64,000 bases of DNA, taken from contig NC_042998.1 of NCBI RefSeq assembly GCF_006345805.1, forward strand, positions 87,544,001 through 87,608,000. Reading direction: 5' to 3'. The notes beneath the pieces are model-generated. The model was given only the letters and a program-made list of their open reading frames with translations, made no database searches and was not told the origin of the DNA. The translations under genes were made by a program, and so were the position numbers. Each line of letters opens with the position of its first letter. Position 1 is the stretch's first letter. This document shows, in pieces, positions 53,120 through 64,000 of this stretch. Origin of the DNA: Octopus sinensis. Lineage: Eukaryota.

Positions 53120-53650
53120 CCCTGATGCAGTACCAGGCAGTGGCTTTCATGGCTTCTGATCTTAACTGATTGGAAGTGTTATCATGTACATTGTTTTGTC
53201 TTGGTATAAAAGATGGGCTACAGCAAATATTCTGCTCAATACCACAGATTTGCTTGTCAGTTGTTTGACCTTAACCACTTGAGCATGTCCCTTAGTGGCT
53301 GACGATATGTGCATCTCTGATCACGAGCAGAAGTAGTGGGGGAGCATCATAGCCATGTGTTGAGAGGGATTCTTTGGAAACATGCGTGGTTCTTTCAACA
53401 TCCTTAAACAACCCTTATTCAGGGACCGTTTGAGCAGGATGGGCTACTCAACCTGAAGAAAATTCTAACTGGGCCCCACCTGCAAGGTCATATGCTGTTT
53501 ATCTTGATATGAGATCACCATGTCGCGCACATATGGTTGTGATGCATGTGCCTGGTGTACCTTTATCAGACGGGTAGTCATGATGGGTATATTGGGCTTC
53601 GTATATTTTACCCCAGTGTCACTTTGATGGCATGAACTGCTCTCTCACTC
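53119..53650 (+). mobile_element. Non-coding (AAT)n-flanked repeat, copy C (532 bp)
   Basis: Flanked on both sides by perfect (AAT)n (53050-53118 and 53651-53689); no long ORF and no Pol III A/B boxes seen. Confidence 0.9.
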
Positions 53651-53690
<40 letters not shown>

Positions 53691-53899
53691 CATTCCTTTT
53701 TCCCTTTTATTTTCTTTGTTTACTGTCTTTATTCTTCTTTTCTTTTTCTTACTTTCGTTTCCTCTCTGTCTTCCTTTTTCTCTGTGTCACACGATTTTGT
53801 AAATCAACAATCTGGTGTCTTTATTTGATGAATTTCTCTGCCCTAGGTGTCAGGAAGACACGCAGCAAGAAATGGATGTAAAATCGAAAGATGATAATG

Positions 53900-53925
53900 A
53901 TGATAATAATAATAGCAATAATGAA

Positions 53926-53993
<68 letters not shown>

Positions 53994-54200
53994 GAAGAAG
54001 AAGGAGGAGGAGGAGAAGGAGAAGAAGAAGAAGAAGAAGAAGGAGAAGAAAAAAAGAAGGAGGAGGAGGCGGATAATAATAATAAATAATAATAATAATA
54101 ATAATAATAATGATAATAATAATAATAAAATAATAATAATAATAATATAATAATAATAAGAAGAAGAAGAAGAACAACAACAACAACAGCAACAACAACA
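53900..54200. repeat. Compound (AAT)n/(AAG,GAG)n/(AAC)n trinucleotide array
   Basis: Read directly; the overlapping ORFs are artefacts. Confidence 0.95.
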
Positions 54201-54880
54201 ACTTTGGCAGTTGACAAATGAATGAAATATTGATGAATTACGTGAAATGAGAAAAACTGAAAAAGCAATTTGATTTCAAAAGGATTTCTTTTTTATTCTT
54301 AAAATATTTCTTAAATTAATGACAAGGTTTGATGTATATAAATTCAAGGCATCTATTCATCTATTTTCTGATTAAATGTGTTCTCCACTTCTCTGAAAGG
54401 CTCCATAGAAATAGTATGAAAAGAATGACAGAAGGAACAATAACGTTACTAATTTCTGGTATTGCTTCAAATCTAAAATTGACTCAAAAGATTGTATGAT
54501 ACATACGACGCAATCCAAAAGCAAATTAAAACTTCCTATCATCAATCTACAAATGTCTTATGAGATGCTGGAATGGAATTACTGGGTTAATGAATCTCCA
54601 GCTGGAGTTCATAGTTTGCTTATTATTCTTTGACTTTTCATTCTACCATAGATAATACAATAATATTAATGCCTGTCCGCGGCCGAACGCCTTTAGTGAG
54701 GATGAGGAAAAAAAAACCCTCCATACCGCCACGCTGCTTCCAATTGGGAACAGTACGAAGAACAAAAGCAATATCATGCAATTCCTTCACCATCATCACC
54801 ACCACTACCGCCACCACCACATTTTGCTGTGATTGCAGGGATTAGAGGATTGCATTGATGTCATTATTATTCAGTTCATT

Positions 54881-55080
54881 AAGGCGGTGTGCTGGTAGAA
54901 TCGTTTGCACGTCGGGAAAAATGCTTTCGTCCGTCTTTACGATCTGAGTTCAAATGCCATCGAGGTTGACATTGCTATTCATCATTTCTGTGTCGATGAA
55001 ATAAGTACCAGTTAAGCACTGAAGTTGATGTAATCGACTTAAGCACTTCTCCCAAAAATTTAGCCTTGTGCCTTTAACAG
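54881..55080 (+). mobile_element. Family A SINE
   Basis: aaggcggtgtgctggtagaatcg..gagttcaaatgcc..ataagtaccag..gccttgtgcc. Confidence 0.8.
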
Positions 55081-55147
55081 AATGGAATATTTCTCATTTC
55101 TTTAAATTTGAAATACGTTAAACTGAGCTCCTTGAAACTAGAGATTG

Positions 55148-55194
<47 letters not shown>

Positions 55195-56334
55195 ACACAC
55201 ACACACACACATGTATATTATATAGTTTACTCACTTATGACAGTCCATCAAAGGTTTTGACAGCATCGATCCAAGACATTCCTTCTCTTCCCCCAGCCCA
55301 TTGTTTCTCATTGGAGCAAACGTGGCTGACAAGACCGATACGAGATAGGCAGATTATGAGGATTTACTTACTGCATTCATATATATTGTGGAAATTAAGA
55401 TAAACACCAGTATAAATATTGGTGTTGATCTTAATTTCTAAAATGTAAGTTCTGTATATCATAACTAATAACATTGCTAAGCTCAGCGGTAGACTAACCT
55501 CTCTAGTTGAAGCCGACTGGATAATGATAATCTATGTGGAACTCATACAGTAGTGGTTGTACATCTGATTGTCCACATTATATATTTCATCACTACAAAA
55601 TTTCTGTCAAGTCCCAAGATATTCCTATTGCACCAGAAGATAATAGGAGTATCATCACTCACACATACATATATCTTTAAAATGTATTCCTAATTTAATA
55701 CTTACATGTTTGAAGTAGTGTTCAAAGATATTTATCATGCCACCCACATAGATTCATCTAACATCCATTTAACTTGATAAAGACTGCCATTTATTCACCC
55801 CACACTCATGAACAGACCTGCCTGAGGGTGGGGAATTCAGAGTAGACTCAACCTTTGATATAATATTTATATCTATCCACTCAAACTAATGTACTGAGAT
55901 AATGGTGCTGGCACTATATAAAAATGTATAATAATAGACTTTTACAACTCTTTCATTACGATTACATTCCGAAAACATTAATATTATTTTTTTATTAGAA
56001 AAGTCAATATGAAAAGAGATAGGGAAAAATAAGTGGAAAATAAACTAAGATAATGGAAGGCCACATGTGATTTGAAAGTTCTGTAAGGGATAATACGTGT
56101 TAGATAACTTTAACTTACGTAATTGATTTTGTTTGACAATGCATAATTTTCAACAAGGGGTGTATAGTAGATGAAATTGATTGCATTGTATCGATCCCAA
56201 ATGGAATAGAAAAGCCGATTTCAGTGAAAATTTTATTCCAATGATAAATATGTGAAAAGAGCTAAATGCTTGAAAATATTTACTCTGCGCCTGACCATCT
56301 CCATGAACTCGACATTTTTTATTATTTTTTACTT

Positions 56335-56530
56335 CTCTCAGTCATTAGACTGGACACCGCCTTGAAAAATTTTTAGTTGAATGTATCGACCCCAGTACTT
56401 ACATTTTTAAAGCCTGGTGCTTATTCTATCGGTCTTTTTTGCCGAACTGCTAAATTACGGGGACGTAAACACACCAATACCGGTTATCAAGCGCTGGTTG
56501 GGTACAAACACAAGCACAAAGACACTGGTA
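56335..56530 (-). mobile_element. SINE 3' module, family B
   Basis: The reverse complement matches 29275-29485 (gtttacgtccccgtaa..gttcggcaaaaagaccgatagaataag). Confidence 0.8.
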
Positions 56531-56854
56531 CCTATTTATCTGACATCTGAAGCATGTAAGAAATCCGTCAACATACAGGCTATCAATAAGTATAATTCAT
56601 CTAAAAAGAGTAAAGAGTATTTCATAACTAGCTAAATCATCGTGCACAATTTGAAGACATCTTATTTCATACATATCAGTTTTAAATTAAATTAGAATCC
56701 ACATGTGAAGCAGACTTAAATATCGGTGTGTATAGCATTTATAATTTACATACAAACACAGAATAGTACTTGCTGTGATATTTTGTCTCAGAGAATCTTC
56801 TCAAAAGTGACTCGTGCGTTAAAATCACAAGGCTTCACTTAGAACGTTGGTGGA

Positions 56855-56900
56855 TCGCCAGACACAGTGTTTCGATCTGATTTAGTCCCCTCAGTGACGA
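56855..56900 (-). ncRNA. Type-I hammerhead ribozyme motif, probably impaired (A9 to G)
   Basis: Minus strand: UCGUCA-CUGAGGG-GACUAAAUCAGAUC-GAAACACUGUGUC^UGGCGA. Stem I has 6/6 pairs (one G-U); stem III is near-palindromic ACAC-U-GUGU. Confidence 0.7.
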
Positions 56901-58700
56901 ATACCTGGCCTTTTAACCGGTACCAATAAGAGCGTTTGAATTTAGGCATGCGAGCTATTGAAAAATCTAATTATATCATCGAAAGTTATCTACTCATGCT
57001 AGCAATATTTATTTACGGTCAGGTAAAAAACAAACAAAAAACCCCCAGAAAACAAAACATTAGTAGAGAATTAATTACTTTAGAACTTGTGACAATGTGC
57101 AGATCATAGATTTTTCATCAGCAGTCTCTGTTCAGCCTTGAAAAAGCAGGTATAGGATCAAGCGTACTCCAGCCGTGAGCGTCGTATCTTTTAGGAGTAT
57201 CTGTGACTGTAACATACGCTTACCTTTTTCATTTTTAATACAGTAGAGAACGATTTAAGGAAGATTGGGCAACTCTTTCTCGCAGATCTTGTATTTACAA
57301 AGTTTCCTTTAATGGCTCATACGAAACATAATATAAATATTTAAAACGTAGGCACATAGCCAACACACTTGACCGAGGGATACAATCAATTAAGTCAATA
57401 CAAGTATTTGAGAAATATTTAATTATATTCCCCTTAATGATAAGAGGTCTTATGAACTCCACTAAGATTTCAACTCAGAAGGTAGAGGGCTATGAGTATA
57501 TACCACCAGTTATTTTGCTCACCACACTACCAGTTCACCGTACTGAGAACACAAGAGTAAATAGAGCGTGATCTTAAACTGCTCTGAGACTCGTGATCTA
57601 TAATCGGATATTGAAGTTTTATTACAGTCATTATAGTCACTGAGTTATCATCTATGCACGATATTTGAAAGCGAAAGGGAAATCTAAAGTATTTAGCGAA
57701 TCCTCGTATATATTGATACATTAAGTCATCATAAGAATTCAATTTCTTAATTGCAAAATTTCATTCTATGAAATAATGTAAGTAACGCAGTCACGTTTAA
57801 TAATACATGACTGCAAAGGCGAGTTTGACAGACTAAGATATTAAAGTATCAGCTCACATGTCACAGCTTCATATGTAATGCAAGTATTTCAGTAACTAAT
57901 TTGACAAGGCAACTAATTCAGTGTTATTCTATAAAGCTGCTGCAAAATATACTGCGTCTTTAGGAAATGTCACCTGTGATGGATTGGTGTTTTCACCACG
58001 CGAAGATTAATTTTCTTTGTTTAATAATGCTATACTTGGTAGGTGGTGAATTGATTGAATGTGCGACGTTCACAGATCGTAAGTTCATATCCACAACTAT
58101 AGTTTCAAATATCTCGGATTTGAACACTTAATTCAGTGTGTTTCACCTTATCTATGATATACGGACATCTTATCCCTGTCTGGACTCTTTTTTTTCATCT
58201 GATTAGCATTGCAGTGTTCAGTGTCAGTTTCGAATCTTTATATTTATTAAAAATTTAAGGGATTGGTGTAGTTTATAGAAAAAGGAACAAAATATTTTCC
58301 ACTATCTATATTATGGCTTCCGTAACTACTACTAGAGTTGACTCAATCAATTATAATCACCCAAACTGTTCTACCCGTCAGAAGAAAATAATTAATCGTT
58401 ATCTATTTATAGGAAAGAAACGAGAAATTTATTTTGTGAGTTTGCACCATTCCTAGTTGAGAGAGACTGGCTTTTACTGGCGTTGATACACTGGCATTAA
58501 TTGCCTTGAGAAGTATTATTTTTAGGTTCGCATTTTGTGGCTAATAAACACAAGGACATTTAATTTATGTTGTATTGGTGTGTAACAGAAGAGCTTTAAG
58601 TTCCAAATTATTACTAAATAGTTGAACCTCTGGAAATTTCATGAGATACATGACATATTCATTTTCAAGATAAAAAAAAATTAATGTATTAAATATATGT

Positions 58701-59205
58701 AAGTCGGTGAGCTGGCAGAATCGTTAGCAACACCAGGTAAATGTTTAGCAGCATCTTTTCTATCGCTATGAATATTGCTGCTGACGCCTTTGACAGTCGC
58801 AACGTATATTATTGCAATAAGTTATTGGTTACGTAAATTACTGATGAATGCAGACCAAAGGAAACTAAGTAAAAAATGATTTATCGTTTAATAAATTCAT
58901 TTGTCTAGGGTACAAGATGAACATCAAGGTCGATGTAATTGACTTACACAATCACCCAAACTAGCTAGCCCTGTCTCAAAATTTGAAATCAATGTATTAA
59001 ATATTTATAAGACGGTGAGCTGGCAGAATCGTTAGCATGCTGGGCAAAATGCTTAGCGGCATTTTGTTCATCTTTACGTTCTGTGTTCAAATTCTGCCGA
59101 GGTCAGCTTTGCCTTTCATCCTTTCGGGTGTCGATAAAATAAGTACCAGTAATCGTCCTACCCCAGCCCCTAAAATTGCTGGACTTGTGCCAAAATTTGA
59201 ATCCA
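58701..59205 (+). mobile_element. Two tandem family A SINEs (58701-58990 and 59009-59205)
   Basis: Both start aag.cggtgagctggcagaatcgttagca. Confidence 0.85.
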
Positions 59206-61817
59206 GTATGTTTAATATATATCTTAATTCAGGGATAAACGTATGCAGTATTACATTTAATGCAATACTGTATTACAGGTTACATTTTAAAAGTTCAATA
59301 TAAATTAATTTTTCAAAGTTTTGACAGTAATGGGTAAGAAAAATAAAATTAACTCTGTAAGAATTCATCTTAACTATATTTTATAGAAGATTGACTTGTT
59401 TCCCTTTAATTTAAAAACATGGTAAATTCAGAGTAAAGTAAATTCTAATGGTTAAGGCTTTTTATTATAATCTGTGATATCAAAATTGAAACAATTGATG
59501 CACGACATATATTTAACTTTTTGCCTAAAATTTTACTCTCCGTCTATTGGGTCCTATGTAATATGAAAGAACTGTAACTTCCACATTATTTTCATATAAC
59601 TGTAGTATTTACATAAGTGTTTCATTATATAGTCCCATACTAACACAGAAATTGTGCATTAACATCATGATGGCTTAACGTTTTATATTTAGACAATGAG
59701 GAGACATGTCAGAAAGTGTAAAGAAATTTATGAACTTAATCAGGCAATTCTGTGCTTCAACGTCATTACTAGAAATTGAATTCTTGGGAGCTGAAATGTT
59801 TTGAGTTCTGTTGGAAATCTGTCTAGAACTTCTTCGTTTACTGTGAGACAAGTGATTTTATTAGACGATAAATCACTTTTTATTTATTTTCCTTCGGTCT
59901 GCATTTATCAGCAATTTAAGTAACCAATAACTCATTACAATAACATACGTTAGGACCGTTAGTGGCATCAGTAACAACGTTCATAGCGATCGAAAAGGAG
60001 CCATTTTCATGTTGAAAGAAAAAAAAAACAAAAATAAACAACAACTTATTTCAAAATCTCTTGTTTGTTTCTTTTTAATCTCACATTCTGAGTTAGCTTG
60101 AGTTGTTACAAATTAGATCGCAGGTGCAATAACAGCAGGAGAACCCGAGTAACAACGAGGAGAGCTTGCTTGAAATCAGCTTCCATAATAATACTTTAGC
60201 ACCGAATATAGTTTCACTCTCCATAATGGAAATTTGGTAGCACTGATACTCCAACGTGGAATATTTTTACTGCTTTTAGGTTATTAGCTTATTTAGAGTT
60301 TGGCGCAACATTACAAACACTCGTTTTTGTCACCTGAAATGACAAATTAAAGACGCCGTGAAGAGTTTTAATTCCATGGCATTGCTAGTCGAGGTAGTTG
60401 TAGATACATCGGCATTAAAAAGGCCGCTCAACATGTTGAATAAATTATTTTTCCTTCATCCACTTGGTGCATCTAAATAAAATCTCTCATCATAGTCACA
60501 TTTCCCAGCTGCAGATACCACATTCATTATCTTTTTGCCAGTATCTATTGCTCATGATTTGGGTGATCCCCGTCAAACAATGTTTCTTCTACATTGTAGG
60601 AATCGGTGGGTTATATTTTGTCCCAAGAAGACTAAATATTCCGCATGATATTTCACTTACACCCCCCCACCAATTGAAACCAATAAATGAAAAACTATTT
60701 TCTGCAGTGTGTTTATCACTTTTTTAATACGAGGTCATCAATGATATGTTCGTGTTCATTTCATTGTTCCAGGTCATTGAGTGGATGACTGAAAAAGTAC
60801 GTCAGGGCGTACATAGTTACTATGTAACTATGTATGTTATTCAAAAAGCCTCTATCTGATATACACTTCCTTAAATGTCGGAGGCTATTCTATATGTACT
60901 GTTCTCAAGTATGTAAATGAAGTTGCTCTTCGAACGTATAAATAAGATAGAGTAGTCTCACCGAACACATACTGGTAAGGACATTGTCAACCTGCATCCT
61001 CCCGTGTTCATTTAGTGTCTTTTTGATTGAACACATGTCTAGAAATCACAACGTAAATTGATAAGTAGTGAATATTGGTATAACTTTAATTCAATTTGAA
61101 TCAAGAATCTAACGATGATCAGCTCGTTCAGCAGCTTGTTGTCCCTGTCTTTCCTAACAATAAACTTGTTACGTACATAACCAGGATATACTGTATGAGA
61201 GTTTACTTATTTCGGCAGTCGCCACATAACTGTAAGCAGAGAAATATGAGTGCATAATAAAAAAAAATGTTTTAGAATGTTGATTATTTTGTCTTTTCCC
61301 TTTTGTTGCTTCATAATGGTTGGTGTAAAATAATTGCCTGAGCCGAGCAAAGTATTGAATTAATTCCGGCTATGATGCTGTTTCCTGTTGTTATCTAGTC
61401 AGTGGTTCGTTTAGCGAACTTTATGGTTCCACAGCTTTTGACATACAATATTCACCAATATTAAATTGTTGATCCATATCATTATCTGGAATTCAGAATT
61501 GACATTATCGTCTTTGGGCGTTATTCAGATCATTTCTTCGATATTGTTCTCAAATTTTCGTTTTCTGAAAATAATCTTAGTTATTTTTCAAGATTTCACT
61601 TCTTTCTTCTTGGACCATAATACTACTGTGTATCGTATCTATTTCATTTTTATTCCTAGAATTTCTTCTCTATGGCTAACATTCATGGTGTTACGCATGT
61701 TACGCTACACCTTTCTTGTGCTCTACATTACTTCATCTCTCTTTCTCTCTCTCTTTTTCCCCATATAGAAAGAGAGAGATTGAGAGTATGTATTGCAGAA
61801 CATAAGTGGGTTATAGG

Positions 61818-61903
<86 letters not shown>

Positions 61904-61995
61904 TAAACTTACACACACACACACACACGCATAAACACACACACACACACACACACGCATAAACACACATACACACGCATAAACACCCACACACA
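61818..61995. repeat. (CA)n array with recurring CGCATAAAC interruptions
   Basis: Read directly. Confidence 0.95.
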
Positions 61996-63169
61996 CGATT
62001 TAGATGTATGTGCTCGGACTCCTTGTCTTCAGTTTGCTGCAGATTCGAATCATTTCACGCCCCTTTTCGACTAAACAATCATGTCATCGTATTTGTCGTT
62101 TTCATGTTGATGCAAAATTTTGATTAATTTTGTCTCGGTTTCCTATTTAGCATAATGAAAAATAAATAAAATGCTTAATGAAAGATGATTAATATAATGC
62201 CGTGAGGTGGTTCTACATAGTGGGCACAACAGTAATTATACAGTACACCTATTAGGATCTGAGCGATAAACAATATTCTGAATATAATATATCATTGATC
62301 GCTATTTGTAAAGAAGTAGAGAATTACGAGCAGCAGAAATGTCAGCTGATTATTTAAGGTAATCACGTGAAAAAGTGTCCTTCGAGCTATCAGTCAGTAA
62401 TGATTTTAGAATGACATATACATAATATTATATCCTTTTCTACTCTAGGCACAAAGCCCGAAAGTTTTGGGGGAAGGGGCCTCTAAACAAAAGGCAAGAT
62501 GATACATAAATTACTTAAAACGCAAACATTAACATTCTGTAAATGTGTCAGCGATATTGGTGTGTAGTTCATAAATACTTTATATAATGTTGTGAAACTA
62601 ACAAAATGTAAGGAAAATATTCTTCATCGCGAGCGAAAATAAATCACTGAAACTTAAATCTACTACAGATATTGCACTAAAATGCTACGTCAGTACTGTG
62701 GACGAAATTATAAAAGAATTCCTTATGACATTCGTCATCTGCCAAAGGTATTACATATTCACGAATATAAACATTTTTTCGTGGTTACTGAATCTGCTTC
62801 AAATTTAAGTCAATTCTCCTTTAATCAGCCAGAAAGACATCGAAATGATGAAAACAGAATCTTGATGTGTATAAAATAAAGTGAAACTATGTAAAATATT
62901 ATCTTAATTTAGCATTAAATGTGTATGTAGTTATAAGAATAATAAGTAAAATAACGAGAAAGTAATTTTTGTCATATGTATGACACGAAATAAAAAATGA
63001 AGACCGTATCATTGATACGTGCGAACAAAAATGCAAGACAAGGGATTTTCATAATTTTTCTGTCTCTCTCTGTTGAAATTGCAGTTTTTTTAAACATTTT
63101 ATTCAGCGACAGACGAAATCTGAATGACCAATAATAAAAGTCCCTCAGAGAAGCAGCAAAATATGGTAG

Positions 63170-63490
63170 CAAAGTGAAGAGACAATGAGTGAACGAAGCA
63201 AAACTTGAAAATTGAAGACAAGCAAATGCCGCTCGAAGTCAGGCACGAAAATAGCATTTTCAACAGCAGCGAGAACAATTTTGGTTCAAAATGCTGAGTA
63301 GATCGGAGCTGAATACCAACAATCTTCTCGAGAGCAGCGAGAACGTATGTTGACAATAAATGCTAAACAACTTACAGCAGCATGACAATAACTTTCTCCA
63401 GAATAATGTGAACAGATTTTCGCACTAAAAACTGAACAGCATCATCAAGTACACCAACAATCTTCTCAGAATAGAATTAATCGTCAAAAC
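63170..63490 (+). pseudogene. Decayed 23-codon tandem-repeat coding relic (STPR-like, probably a Helitron N-terminus)
   Basis: Units start at 63290, 63359 and 63428 (69-nt spacing) and at 63225 (65 nt); Q/R/E-rich with C-to-T stop codons. Confidence 0.4.
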
Positions 63491-63749
63491 AAAACAAAAA
63501 CAAAAAATGTTTATGTTGCAAGACAGCATGCCATAGATTCAGAGCTAGAACTAGTTGTAAATGTAAGCTATATATAGTGGACATGAGATGCTATTATAGT
63601 AAACGTTAATGTTCATCGGAGAGAGCTCTGGACAAAAATTGGCTTGTCCTGATTTTGATACACGTTGAAAATGTGGTTGAACTCGTATTCCAGAAGGAAG
63701 ATTCACCAGTGCTATGACTATGTTTAGCCTGAAAGCAAATGATGTTATT

Positions 63750-64000
63750 TAGAGTGTCCCCCCAAAATTTCTTACATTTTGACCCCCCATAATTCGAAGT
63801 ACACTGAAGTATTAACGAAAAGAAAAAAAATTATCATAAAGTGCTACTGGAAGCACGAAAACATTATGGAAGTGCAAAAACAATTTAGAAGAAATTTTCT
63901 TAAAAATCCACCAATGCGAAGCACCATTTCTCGCACCCGAGACAAGTTTGAATCAAGTGGAACAGTGCATGATGCCCATAGGGAGCGTTCAGGAAAACCA
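63750..64000 (+). mobile_element. Tc1/mariner-family transposon 5' end (HTH transposase N-terminus), running off the window
   Basis: TIR-like tagagtgtccc, then an open frame IIKCYWKHENIMEVQKQFRRNFLKNPPMRSTISRTRDKFESSGTVHDAHRERSGKP typical of the DUF4817-type HTH of Tc1/mariner transposases. Confidence 0.8.

Noticed and set aside
58835-58880. CUGAUGA..GAAACUAAGUA hammerhead-like string
   Set aside because: No stem II or stem I pairing.
60430-60660. Possible piggyBac C-terminal Cys-rich relic on the minus strand
   Set aside because: Similarity is too weak, with no TTAA/TIR or catalytic motifs visible.

Overview
AT-rich, microsatellite-dense eukaryotic DNA; the SINE and R4/Dong LINE families look like those of coleoid cephalopods (Octopus), an inference from recalled repeat families rather than a search. 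I reconstructed one protein-coding gene by hand: an 8-exon, ~401-aa cyclin A/B-family gene on + (CDS 4850-24830). All seven introns are GT-AG with compatible phases, and several cyclin-box motifs are divergent. The ORF track catches only fragments of it. The rest is mainly transposon landscape: tRNA-derived SINEs, old L1/Tx1 and CR1 relics, Penelope-like relics, a mariner, a Tc1/mariner 5' end, a Helitron-like 23-aa repeat relic and a 398-bp MITE with an 8-bp TSD. Two features stand out. (1) At 39-53.7 kb, R4/Dong retrotransposons are stacked co-oriented in (AAT)n tracts, interleaved with three copies of a ~530-bp non-coding element that uses the same target. (2) Three type-I hammerhead-ribozyme-like motifs occur, one with a fully intact catalytic core. 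I found no CRISPR array, rRNA or genuine tRNA gene. Most ORFs in the supplied track are microsatellite or decayed-TE artefacts.
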